Origin: Phoronis australis
Lineage: Eukaryota; Animalia; Phoronida
NCBI GenBank assembly: GCA_002633005.1
Contig: NMRA01000547.1
Coordinates: 223,559 to 287,558, forward strand
Length of the DNA: 64,000 bases
Direction of reading: 5' to 3'
The translations under genes were made by a program, and so were the position numbers. Positions 27,101-37,467 of this stretch are shown here, piece by piece. The stretch's first letter is position 1; each line of letters starts with the position of its first letter. The notes under the pieces were generated by a model, which made no database searches, was not told the origin of the DNA, and was given only the letters and a program-made list of their open reading frames with translations.

Positions 27101-30100
27101 CTAAATTATGATACAGTTTACTTGCTGCACACCATATTTATTGTTTCTCAAAACACCCCACTTCCACAAAGAATAACTAACTACTTGAACATGTCTGCTG
27201 TAAATTGATCGGTAATTGATTTGTGGCCAGAAATGTTGAATTTGAAGGATTATATTCTTAATTTTTTTTGTAATTAACAATAAAAAAAATATTAGAATCA
27301 TGGTATTAACTGGTAATGAATATGCAACCACAGTACACAACAATCGATGTGTGTAGACAAGGCTTTACCTTTGTAAAACTAAAACTTGACTCAGTGGTGC
27401 TATCTGGTCCTCTGTAAACCCATCCACACTTGGTGATATGACCAATATCTCTTGGCAAAGAGTTAGTCCCTGCCTGCAAAATGAAACGCTCATTGCACAC
27501 TGGAAGAACAAGTCCTTCAGCCAAAGCAACAATATTAAATGTGAATATAGGTTATTCCACATACATAGGAATACTACTGCCATATCCTATTGAGAACTCA
27601 TTTCGTCTGGGAATGTCCCAACGAGACCGAATTTACCGAAGGAGACTGCTCACCAACCGTGAAATACGGCTTCTGCCGTTGAATACAGCCTCTACCATTG
27701 TATACAGATTGGCTCTACTTTCCCGTATTTCACAGTTGATAACGTGACGTATACAACAACCATATTTTCACATATATGGGATAAAGAGTGTTATCTCAGC
27801 ACTTTCAAAAGCTGCTTTGAGCATATCAGCCATCCTGTAAAATATAACGATCAAAAAAATTTCACAGAAATACAGAACAGATTCTAGCAAGACTGAATAT
27901 TTGAAAATAAAACAAACAAGTAATTGTCAACCCTTGTGAAATACTGTCATGTTTCATCAGATAACTTTTTAATCATACAAGAGCAACGCAGAGCGTTGAA
28001 ATGCGCCCACAATTGCACCGTATACGGTATCCTTCTAGGGTTGTTTATTGGTACCATAAAGTGGCCAGTAGACGGCATATATGTAGTATGTTGTACTTTG
28101 CAAAATGGAAAGGCATGGTCCTTGTCTCCTCAATAGGCTAGGGGCAAAATGTGAGTAGTCTTCATAATACAAGCACATCCTATACACCAGTTGCTTAAAG
28201 CACCACAGAAACATAGAATTAAAAACAAATTTACCAACATACGAGATTAGCACAGCATTAGAATGCCAGAAACAAATTTCTACTTGGAACTTTTCCTTCA
28301 TAGTCACGAAGTAACACAAAGTATACACCTGAAGACCTATGAAAATACAGAGGTCAATGTAAAATACTAAAATTGCCACTAGAGGCAAATACTAAAATTG
28401 CCACTAGAGGCATACCGGTAATCAGAATCATCCTAAAGTCGTCATCGTCCGTTGTCAACATCACATAAATACACTTGCTAAATTTAGTAAAGATCCTGCA
28501 AACGGTTTGGGAGATACAGCCATGGGCGCAAAAAAACAAAACTGCCACTAGGAGGTGCCACAGTGGTCCAAATCGTCTGAAAATCATTGTCAGCTGTCTT
28601 CCTTATAGTAAGCACATACACGCCAATTTTCACAATCATCCTTTGAGCGGTTTGGTTGATAGAGGGGTGGACGCAAAAATACAGACTCGAAAACAGTAAA
28701 AATGGCCACTAGGTGGCGCAAACTACGTCGAATCCATCTGAAAACAGTAGGATAGCGTCATCTCACTAATAGGTGCCTACATACCAAATTTCATGAAAAT
28801 CCGTTCAATACTTTTGAAGATACAAAGGTAAGCGTAAAAAACTAAAATTGCCACTAGGGGGCACACCGGTAGTCGGATCCGACCAAAAGTCGTCATCTTC
28901 CGTTGTTAACATCATATAAATATACTTACACAATTTGTAAAGATCCTGCGAACGGTTTAGGAGATACAGCCATAGGCGCAAAAAAACAAAACTGCCACTA
29001 GGAGGCGCCACAGTAGTCGAAATCGTCGGAAAATCATCGTCAACCATCCTCTACATAGTAAGCATATACATGCCAATTTTCACAATCATCCTTTGAGCGG
29101 TTTGGTTGATAGAGGGGTGGACGCACAAAAACAGACTCGAAAACACTAAAAATGGCCACTAGGTGGCGCAAACTATGTCGAATCCATCTGAAAACGGGAG
29201 GATAGCGTCATCTCACTAATAGGTGCCTACATACCAAATTTCATGAAAATCCGTTCAGGACTTTTGAAGATACAAAGGTAAGCATAAAAAACTAAAATTG
29301 CCACTAGAGGGCACACTGGTAGTCGGATCCGTCCAAAAGTCGTCATCTTCCGCTGTTAACATCATATAAATAAACTTACACAATTTCGTAAAGATCCTGC
29401 GAACGGTTTAGGAGATACAGCCATAGGCGCAAAAAAAACAAAACTGCCACTAGGAGGTGCCACAGTAGTCGAAATTGTCTGAAAATCATTGTCAACCGTC
29501 CTCTACATAGTAAGCATATACATGCCAATTTTCACAATCATCCTTTGAGCGGTTTGGTTGATAGAGGGGTGGACGCACAAAAACAGACTCAAAAACACTA
29601 AAAATGGCCATTAGGTGGCGCAAACTATGTCGAATCCATCTGAAAACGGGAGAATAGCGTCATCTCACTAATAGGTGCCTACATACCAAATTTCATGAAA
29701 ATCCGTTCAGGACTTTTGAAGATACAAAGTTAAGCGTAAAAAACTATAATTGCCACTAGGGGGCACACCGGTAGTCGAATTCGTCCGAAAGTTCGCACAT
29801 GCCATCCCATTCATAAATGGAACATATGTGTCAAATTTCATGAACGTATGTCAAAGGGTTTTGGAGATAAAGCAGCGGACGCCGGACGGACGCCGCCCGG
29901 ACAGACGGACGGACGGACGGAGATGACGGCATAATGCGTCCACATATAAATATGTGGGCGCATAAAATGTACATATTTTCTAAATCCCGATTGAAAAATC
30001 TAAATCCATGGCATAAAACATACCCACACAATTATTCATGTATTAATCACATGTAGTCTACAAGGATTCAAACAATGGATTAATAGTCCACACAAGAGTA

Positions 30101-33100
30101 TTTATTTAATGCATTGTTTTCCATCCCAGCTGCCGTGTGACTAAACAGAAGTTGTGACTTCAGTCGCTCGTGGCAATTTACTGGCATGCATCAGTTGTTT
30201 ACCAGAATGTTGCTCACTGATCAGCATACAGATCAATTTTCTTTTACAGTTTGTGTTAAACCCTTGAAACAAGAAAGTCTTAGAGTTGTATCCATGCTAA
30301 TTGTTTGCACATTTCCAATATCATATAAAAAACTGATTGGACAAGACATGAAAAATTTTTCCGTGAATGATGTGTGTTCACAACTTGAAATGATAGCAAG
30401 TATCTGCCCAAAATAGAATGCTTACATCACCAGTCTTCTCTTCATCTTCGTCCACTTCAAACACATGCTCAGGAAGAATGACATTCACCTTGCCAGTCCT
30501 GAAAGTGAACAATTTATGTGATGAATGTAAGCAATGACATGCATTGCACTCCAGTCTTATGTGGAATCAAAAGCTGGAGAAAAGCTGGCAACTAGGGGGC
30601 ACCACAGTAATTGGAACTGCCAAAGAGGCGGACGCCAAAAAACAAACTAAAAATGATAAAATAGCAACTAGATGGTGTAGATTTCGTCAAATCCATCCAA
30701 AAATGAAAATGCAATGTAGTCTCCTTAATAGAAACTTAATTCCCTAATTTCATGACAATCCAACAGTGAATTCTGAAAATAGAGGCAAACGTAAAAAACG
30801 GCCAACAAGGTGCAAAGCAGTAGTCAGATCTGTTGACAACAGTTGCGTAGAAACACAACTGCCAAATTTCACAGGATCCTGCAAAGGGATAAGGAAATAT
30901 AATGGCGGACGCAAAAAAATCACCACAAGAGTGTGACAAAGTAGTAAGACTAGTCCAAAAATCAACATCAACTGTAGTCAACGGGAACGGGAACAAATCT
31001 GCCCTCTTTCATAATGATGCTTTAAGCAGACTGATGGATAGAGAGGCACTTGGAGCAGCAAGGTAAATCGAATCCATCCGTAAATGAAAAGACACCTGAT
31101 TAAAAACGTAATTGCAAATTTCATGAAAATCCATCAATAAATTCTGAAGATAAAGAGGCAAATATATGTCTAGTAGTCATGTCCATCGGACAATTGTCAT
31201 CATTTATTGTCAGCTTCTTAAGAACGAATCTGTCAAATCTCATTCACGTCTTGCAAGAGGTTTGACAGATACAGCAGCGGACACAAGATGCCCAGAGAGG
31301 ATGGCAATATGCATCCACATGATTATTTATGTGACCGCAGTAAGGTCTGTCAGTAAACGGTAACACAATGTTTGGCAGACAACATTCAGCATCAACTACA
31401 GTTCACATGTTATTTTAATTTGTGTGATTTTGCAGCCTTTGTTACAAACTCTTTACAACCGCCAAATCAACAAATTACCATTAGTGCAGTGCGACATTCA
31501 GAGTATTCACACAACAGGACAGACATTGCAACATGTTTGTGAATGAAATAAATTGCCTTTTATCTTTTGTCAACTAGCACCCTCTTGCACACCAGGATGA
31601 GAAATTGGCTGGCAGAACTTAACAGTGGGATGTTAGGTGATAGCACTAATTTTCAATTCGGTGCATCTCTTGCATAATCACTAAATTGCCTGTCTGAACC
31701 CAGTAAAGACAATAAGATCATTTCAGACTGACATGAGAGCTGTACTCACTTCGGCAACTGGAGATATCCATTAGAGTAGTCCTTGTATTTGAAGTTGATC
31801 AGTTGCCAGTCACTGGTGTAGGTGTGAATGCACTCCTTAACAAACAAACTGGTGGCCTCGTTCTCAGCCCCTTCTGGCACAGTGCTAATGCTGGTACGGA
31901 ACTCTCGTGAAGTGGTTGTGGCCTGGCAATAGCCATTTTAACATCAAATGTTAGTACCAATAATTCAAAACAATTCTCTGTGGGTCATTCCTGAGATGCA
32001 CAGGTGAGTTGGAGGAGAAAACGCAAGATTGATTTCGAATAGATCTACCTAATCATGGGGGCAGAACTAAACATGGGTGCTTAACCTCGACAGTTACCCG
32101 GGCCACCTTTGACCTTCGTGAACACACCCAAACTTCAAAGAATTCCATTTTCGCTGCAAGATTAATTGTCAACACAAAAGATGAAATGGAGCTATCTATC
32201 AACGTCTGAATTTGAGTAACTAAGTACGCAATCTGAGAAAGGAGAAAATACAAAATTGCTGAAGATACAATGCTAAATAAATCTAAGGACAACCTCCCTC
32301 CTCTTCTTTATTGTTCAAATTTTGAGCCTCAATCGATTGAAAAACATCCTGTCAAAAAACATTGACTAGGTGTTTTATGCTATGGTATAAATGATAACGG
32401 CATAGTGCACATTTCATAAGAAAACAAATCCTGTGTCTTGTGTTGTTTATGTAATTATTAGTTTTGCAGGAAAAAAGACTTGAAATAGTTAGATTTCCAT
32501 TATCAGGAGATTCAAGTTAATTTGCTCCCTTGGCTTTGAATTTATCCGAAACATGGAAAAATAGGTCACCCACAAAATGACCTTGCCATGCATACCATTT
32601 CACCTTTGGAGGTAAACAAGGACAGGATTTGGTTCTTAAAACTGTGAGACTGTGCATTCTTTTGAAAAATAAAGCATAGAATGAAAGTACAGATTGTAAC
32701 TGGGTATGGTCTTTGAAAGCGTGAATTTGAACAACGCAGCCATTTTTATTGCGCTGGGGGGGACAATAATAGAATACACTGATCCCAGTGATGACCACAA
32801 AGTACAGTGACTTGAAATTGATACGGTTTCTGCATTTGAAAGTATGTCTTAGTGTCTTGAAAAAGTTTGGTGAAGTGGGGGCTACAATCCAATCAGTGAT
32901 TATGGCTACAAAAGTAAAGACTTTAAATCAGCAAAAGGGTATATTTTCTGACAGTAGAAACTAGAAAGCCTAAAGAATGATTTTTTACCTTATAACAATC
33001 AACCAATAATTGGGTCATGTGACCATGTTTTTCATTAAAATCTAGCAAAAACAAAAGGTTCATTTATAGCAAAACAACTTATACATTAATCACAAGTCTG

Positions 33101-33680
33101 AACAAAGTACGTTTGAAACAATCAGCCTGAAAGATTACTACGAATCCAATCAGTCATTTCTGAGACAAGATGTTTCAAATTTAGCCAAATTTGGACATTT
33201 TTCTAGAGACTTACACAACCTTAATTGAAACCAAAAGGCTGTGTGCTTCACCGAGTAATGGCCCTTAATCTGAAACTTTTCAAAAATAAAGGATAAGCAT
33301 TTGAATGAACATGGGAGTAAACCTTAATGTTTATATGCGATGACAAACAAAATTGTGGGTGCATAAAAATGCTATAAAAAGTTATAATTATCTTTTACAG
33401 CTAAACATGCATATGGAGTAATTAGTAGGCTGCCCTAAATTATTGCCCAACAGAAACCTCTGGCTACCTCATGGCATTACTCGTCTCATTGAGTCATTCA
33501 TTGCTACAAACCATGTTTTTACCACCTGTAAATGAGGCAAATTTATTCTTTTAAAATACTTACTGAAACGTCATCATATGGAAATGTGAGAAGGTCCCGC
33601 ATAGGGTCATTGTGGAGGACGGTTTTATTCTTTACCACAAACGTCTCATAGTCAAGGGGCTCTACGACCATGGGTCTGTG
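3048..33680 (-). CDS. DOCK9: DOCK-D/zizimin family guanine nucleotide exchange factor (DOCK9/10/11-like), partial spliced CDS with 12 exons in the window
   Basis: Exons 33564-33680, 31750-31922, 30426-30498, 27369-27473, 26868-26999, 25502-25661, 20038-20111, 18352-18435, 14339-14494, 13407-13625, 7283-7485 and 3048-3164. All have AG/GT boundaries and compatible phases (1613 nt, no stops). The translation follows DOCK9 order: [31 protein letters not shown] domain ([32 protein letters not shown]), [50 protein letters not shown]. The gene runs past both ends; the symbol denotes a co-ortholog of DOCK9/10/11. Confidence 0.93.
3432..4310 (-). mobile_element. HINE-like element, copy 2 (truncated)
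   Basis: Same terminus (aacacgagcaacgtcgagcgttgaaatgcgcccac) and about 6 subunits. Confidence 0.78.
4361..4477. repeat. ~117-bp imperfect loopless palindrome
   Basis: Arms tcctac..gacatgggcaaaacctc.tggaaattt.gtcaaaa | ttttgac.aaatttcca.gaggttttgcccatgtc..gtagga. Confidence 0.8.
5500..6095 (-). mobile_element. CR1/L2-type LINE 3' fragment
   Basis: Minus-strand [34 protein letters not shown] (typical ORF2 C-terminus) followed by a T-rich 3' UTR. Confidence 0.65.
7283..7485 (-). CDS. DOCK9: DOCK9-like exon ([23 protein letters not shown]...RMPFAWAAR)
   Basis: Acceptor ttctag, donor gtaagt, 203 nt, phase 0/2; highly conserved DOCK-D motif. Confidence 0.95.
8495..13128. mobile_element. Non-autonomous DNA transposon with 5-bp TSD (hAT5-like), containing a nested Kolobok derivative
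   Basis: TIR CAGGGCTCGAC / GTCGAGCCCTG; TSD GAAAC (8490-8494 and 13129-13133); subterminal ggtcgca repeats; paralogous copy at ~42781-46816. Confidence 0.8.
10097..11758. mobile_element. Non-autonomous Kolobok-like transposon
   Basis: TTAA TSD (10093-10096 and 11759-11762); TIR AGGAGAATGCCACCCA / TGGGTGGCATGCTCCT; empty site gcttaatagagccaagc at ~44280 in the paralog; THAP-like stub on + and KolX-like stub on -. Confidence 0.8.
13407..13625 (-). CDS. DOCK9: DOCK9-like exon ([37 protein letters not shown]...WLMFPKA)
   Basis: Acceptor tttcag, donor gtgagt, 219 nt, phase 0/0. Confidence 0.92.
14339..14494 (-). CDS. DOCK9: DOCK9-like exon ([52 protein letters not shown])
   Basis: Acceptor tttgtag, donor gtattg, 156 nt, phase 0/0; resembles GKRILVKC..LQ..N preceding VEPFF. 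Confidence 0.86.
15205..17541. mobile_element. Non-autonomous DNA transposon with 5-bp TSD
   Basis: Imperfect TIR CAGGGCTGTAGGAAG / CTTCCTACGGGCCTG; TSD TAAAT (15200-15204 and 17542-17546). Confidence 0.75.
16430..16697 (-). pseudogene. THAP zinc-finger domain remnant (probably Kolobok/P-type transposon derived)
   Basis: [10 protein letters not shown] (frameshift) [17 protein letters not shown] ... GKHFQPSDY...RLKKG matches the THAP C-C/FP/W/HF pattern; a Kolobok-like end cttgcct|TTAA lies at 16961. Confidence 0.7.
18352..18435 (-). CDS. DOCK9: DOCK9-like exon ([28 protein letters not shown])
   Basis: Acceptor cattcag, donor gtaagt, 84 nt, phase 0/0. Confidence 0.88.
18775..19490 (+). mobile_element. 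Penelope-like retroelement remnant (RT C-terminal part, GIY-YIG mostly deleted)
   Basis: [87 protein letters not shown], with stops and frameshifts. Confidence 0.8.
20038..20111 (-). CDS. DOCK9: DOCK9-like exon ([25 protein letters not shown])
   Basis: Acceptor tttcag, donor gtttgt, 74 nt, phase 1/0; phase fits both neighbours. Confidence 0.82.
21251..22030 (-). mobile_element. Solo LTR (780 bp) inserted in HINE copy 3
   Basis: TGTCA...TGACA termini, with host repeat resuming on both sides. On the minus strand: duplicated ~45-bp U3 block, HSE cluster, TATAAATA (21687-21694), 21-bp tandem repeat (~21591-21670), AATAAA (21352-21357). TSD imperfect (gactc/gagta). Confidence 0.75.
21708..21755. 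promoter_or_regulatory. Heat-shock element cluster in the solo LTR
   Basis: aTTCtaGAActTTCctGAAt at 21736-21755 is four perfect alternating nGAAn units; a second TTCtaGAA at 21708; 14-60 bp upstream of a minus-strand TATA box. Confidence 0.6.
23084..24716 (-). mobile_element. HINE-like element, copy 4, nested in copy 3
   Basis: Has its own termini (aacaagagcaatgcggagccttgaagtgcgcccac ... atgcacccacaaataaatatgtggacgcat) and sits in the A-run of gaggtaaacgtaaa|aataaagctgtcactagggggcac. Confidence 0.8.
25502..25661 (-). CDS. DOCK9: DOCK9-like exon, end of PH domain ([53 protein letters not shown])
   Basis: Acceptor ccacag, donor gtggga, 160 nt, phase 0/1; PH C-terminal helix with conserved W. 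Confidence 0.9.
26401..26650. mobile_element. Foldback MITE
   Basis: ~68-bp inverted arms (catgagatacggacatgcgcaaagcgaaccattc / gaatggttcgctttgcgcatgtccgtatctcatg) around a ~110-bp spacer. Confidence 0.7.
26868..26999 (-). CDS. DOCK9: DOCK9-like exon, PH domain ([44 protein letters not shown])
   Basis: Acceptor tgtgcag, donor gtaaca, 132 nt, phase 0/0. Confidence 0.92.
27369..27473 (-). CDS. DOCK9: DOCK9-like exon, start of PH domain ([35 protein letters not shown])
   Basis: Acceptor tttgcag, donor gtaaag, 105 nt, phase 0/0. Confidence 0.9.
27535..27780. repeat. Degenerate foldback element
   Basis: Nested inverted pairs atgtgaatataggtt / aaccatattttcacat and caaccgtgaaatacgg / ccgtatttcacagttg. 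Confidence 0.45.
27977..29964 (-). mobile_element. HINE-like element, copy 5 (best preserved, both ends present)
   Basis: acaagagcaacgcagagcgttgaaatgcgcccac ... 450-452-bp repeats ... (GACG)n microsatellite ... hairpin atgcgtccacatataaatatgtgggcgcat-aaaa. Read on the minus strand this is the DINE-1 layout: subTIR+IR, (GTCC)n, central tandem repeat, subTIR, 3' stem-loop, T-rich flanks. Confidence 0.85.
30426..30498 (-). CDS. DOCK9: DOCK9-like exon ([24 protein letters not shown])
   Basis: Acceptor tttcag, donor gtaagc, 73 nt, phase 2/0; resembles LPVHVYEVDEE. Confidence 0.9.
30580..31343 (-). mobile_element. Old degenerate HINE-like copy 6
   Basis: gcaactagggggcacc, gcaactagatggtg and ccaaatttcacaggatcctgcaaaggg subunit motifs; decayed terminal hairpin atgcatccacat..atgtgaccgca. 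Confidence 0.6.
31750..31922 (-). CDS. DOCK9: DOCK9-like exon ([57 protein letters not shown])
   Basis: Acceptor tgccag, donor gtgagt, 173 nt, phase 0/2; DOCK C/D N-terminal domain motif. Confidence 0.92.
33564..33680 (-). CDS. DOCK9: DOCK9-like exon ([39 protein letters not shown])
   Basis: Acceptor tttacag, donor gtaagt, 117 nt, phase 0/0; resembles DOCK9 KPKLIEPLDYE..LLFPYDD. Confidence 0.92.
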
Positions 33681-35871
33681 CTGTAAACAGAAAAAAGGAG
33701 GTTAGGCCAACTAGTTAGCTATAATTTCTAATTTAAAAATGTTTCCCATCGAGTGACCAAATGTTCGTCAGGAGTACATACTCAAAATGTCTATTACATA
33801 AAATGCATCGTTCGCTCAAACTCTGTCTCCCCCCCCTCCACTACAGACCTTCCTTGTGCTTGTTTCGGCACCGCCATGGTCCCAGGTTATGCACTGGCCC
33901 CCTATTAAGATTTGAGGGGTTGTATTTTTTTCCTCGCGTGTCGTTTATTCGCAGACGCGGAGGTAGGGTGGCCAGTTTCGTACTGGCCTTGATGACGTCA
34001 GTCCATTGACTTAATTTCACTCACTCCGGCTACCATCGTGTGTATACTTCTTCAGGCCTGTCGCTGTCAAAATTAATGATGTCATAAAAAACTATTAAAC
34101 GTTTCCTTGAGTAAACTTAATAATTTATCCATGTTGAAAAAGTTGGCGTTCTACCGTTTTTTTGCTGCTGGTAGACTCTTTTGGGTCGACTTTTGGCGCC
34201 ATTGTGTCACCTATTGGCCAAGATTCAATCAACTGTTCATCCCTGATTGAAGCTTTAAAATAAAACAGTCTCTTCAAGAAATGTCCTTGTCTCTTGCGAT
34301 CTTGATACTGGTCGCTGTCGAGTGTGTGTCTCGTATCAGCGACAATAGGCTGTTTAATGTGGTACAAAATACGTGGAAAAGTAACAGCATATATTAGCTT
34401 GATCTTTTCGTATCAAGCAATATTCAAATTCATCGAAAATTTTATATAAGAAACTAAATTCTCAAAACAATTAGCCTTGAAATCCTGCAACCTGTAGTTG
34501 CCACCATTTTTAATAGACTTGGTCATCTTTCGAGAAGATCGAAAATTCAATAGCAACACAACGTTGTAAACGAAGTCTCAACTGCCTGAAAACATACTGA
34601 ATTATAAGGATTCGTATTCTCAATTTAACGTTTTACATTCAATTATAAAATATATTCTGATACAAGCCGTCAGGTATCAGAATTCTGAAACAGGAATGAC
34701 CCAAATCAGAATATTCTGATTTTGGCTGGATTTCCGATTCAGGCTGGAACAGTAACACGAAACGTCAAAGTGCACACTGCAAATCTCGTAGCCAACTACT
34801 ACAATCATGTGTTGAGCTCTTTTAGGATCCCAAATTTCAAACAGCCCAAGTAGTTCTGCTAGTCACTTCATCATGAAACTTATATCAACATGTAGCGTCA
34901 TCAACCAGCGGGGCTGCACGCAAAATCTGGGAGTCAACTGACACTCACCTTGCCCGTTCCAGCTATTTAATTAAAAAACAATCAAATAAGTAACATTTTT
35001 CATAAATTTCCGTCTTTTGTAACAAAGAAAAGTAGTCTGTTGTCGTTTTGGAAACAGTACGCTCGTAACAAGCACATGTGAAATTTTCTAAAATTTTGCG
35101 ACAATCCCTCAGGAGATGGTGACAGATTCACAGCAGCAAAATTGGTCTTGAAATTCGATTTGCTGGAATTAAAATACCAGAAACTTGTAACGAAATGAAA
35201 CCAGTTCCAATAGTTCGTTGTGACATGTACGCAACCTCATGGAAGAGAAAAACAGTTGATTGAAGAATCGGAGAACAGAAACTAGCCAGAAACTAGGTGA
35301 CATCGCCAAGAGCCGACCCAAAAGAGCGCACCACAGTTTCAGCAACACATGAGTGGTAGAACGCCAATTTTCCCAACACGGGTAAATAATTCGGTTTACT
35401 AAAAAAAAGCGGTGTAGCTTTTAATGACACTAAAATTGTGTCAGATTTTACTTGAAAGCCAGTAGTAAGCTACAAAATTGCACAACTAAGTAACATGGCA
35501 AATTTCATTTCTCAATTCAAGTATTTACTAATAACTAGAAATTTCAAATGCATAGCTCATAAATATTTGGTATCATGAAGCAATATTAAGGCAGTGATAG
35601 ATTATTCATTGTGAGCTACGCCTTAGAGTTCAGCACAAAATAGGGGCTCCCATTTCATTGCTACGACCGCCCCTCAATGGGTTTTTTAATGGGCGGGGCA
35701 GTACAGTATAGAAACATGGTGACTGGGGGTGGGTGTTATTGCGGCAACAAGGAGTGAAGGTGTTTGGCTATCCAGGAGGAATTGTGACAACTGGCATCCC
35801 CGCTTTTCATATGTTAGGGGTCCCTGAACAAACATAATCCTCCAGCACTGCATTACACACTTGAAAAGGCA

Positions 35872-37467
35872 AACAAGAGCAACGCAGAGCGTTGAAATGT
35901 GCCCACGAATGCATTGCAAATGGTGTGATTTCAGGGTTATTTATTTTTATCATAAAAATGGACACTAGATGGTGCAAAAATGTACAATCCATCCAAAAAC
36001 AGGAACATGCCATATTTCATAAAAATCTGTCAAGGAACTTCAGTGAAACAAATTTAAAGAAAACAGAATAAAATGAGAAATTGCCACTAGTAGGCACAGC
36101 GTGTGTTGGATTCGAATGAAAGCTTTCATATAAATACACTTACAAAATTTAATAAAGATCCTGCAGTGGATTTAGGAGATACAACTATGGGCACAAAACA
36201 AAACAAAACTACCACTAGGAGGCGCCACAGTAGTTAGTTGCCATCATCAAACGTCCTCTTCACACTGAGAACATACACGCCAAGTTTCAAAACCATCCCT
36301 AGAATGATTTGGTTGATACAGGGGTAGACGCCAAAACCAAGCTCTGAAAACAGAAAAATGGCCACTAGGTGGCGCAAAATACCTCGATTCCATCCAAAAA
36401 CAGGAAAATAGTGTCATCTCACCAATAGATGCCTACATTTAAACTTTTTTGAAAATCTGTTGAGGACCTTTGAACATACAGAGTTAAACGTAAAACTTAA
36501 AATTGCCACTAGGGGGCACAGCAGTCGTCGTCGTCGTCGTCGTTCGTAGTCAACATCATATAAATACACTTGCTAAATTAAGTAAAGATCCTGCAAACAG
36601 TTTGGGAGATACAGCCATGAGCGCAAAAAACAAAACTGCCACTAGGAGGCGCCCCAGCAGACGAAGTCATCAGAAAATCATCGTCAGCCGTCCACTTCAT
36701 AGTAAAAACATACATGCCAATTTTCATAATTATCCTGAAAACGGTTAGGAACTTGATAGATGAGTGGACACCAAAAAACAGACTCGAAAACAGTAAAAAT
36801 GGCCACTAGGTGGTGCAAACAAGATCGAATCCATCTGAAAACGGAGCGATACCATCATATCATTAACAGATGCCAGTGTGCCAAATTTTATGAAAATATG
36901 TTGAAGACCTTCGAAGATACAGAGGTAAACGTAAACAAATAAAATTGCCACTAGATGGCACTCCAGTAATTAGATCTGTTCAAAAGTCATCGTCGTCTGT
37001 TGTTAACATCATGTATATATACTTACGAAATTTCGTAAAGATCCTGCTAACCGTTTAGGAGACACAGCCATAGGCACAAAAAAACAAAACTGCCACTAGG
37101 AGGCGCCACAGTAGTCGAAACCATCGGAAAATCATCGACGGACGTGAACTTCATAATAAGAACATCCTTTGAGCGGTTTGGCTGATAGAGGGGTGGATGC
37201 AAAAAAACAGACTTGAAAACAGTAAAAACGGCCACTAGGTGGCGCAAACTACGTTGAATCCATCCGAAAACGAGAGAATCACGTCATCTGAATAATAGGT
37301 GCCTACATACCAAATTTCATTAAAATCTGTTAAGGATTTTTGAAGATACAGAGGTAAGCGTAAAAACTAAAATTGCCACTAGGTGGCACACCGGTTGTCG
37401 GAGCCGGAAGGATGGTTGGACGGAGATGACTGCATAATGCGTCCATATATAAATATGTGGGCGCATA
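35872..37467 (-). mobile_element. HINE-like element, copy 7 (both ends present)
   Basis: aacaagagcaacgcagagcgttgaaatgtgcccac ... about 11 subunits ... atgcgtccatatataaatatgtgggcgcataaaa. Confidence 0.83.

Noticed and set aside
663-37467. CRISPR-like array (short conserved motif with regular spacing)
   Set aside because: The spacers are themselves repeated with a 450-bp period, there are no cas genes, and the context is a spliced eukaryotic gene; it is a TE-internal tandem repeat
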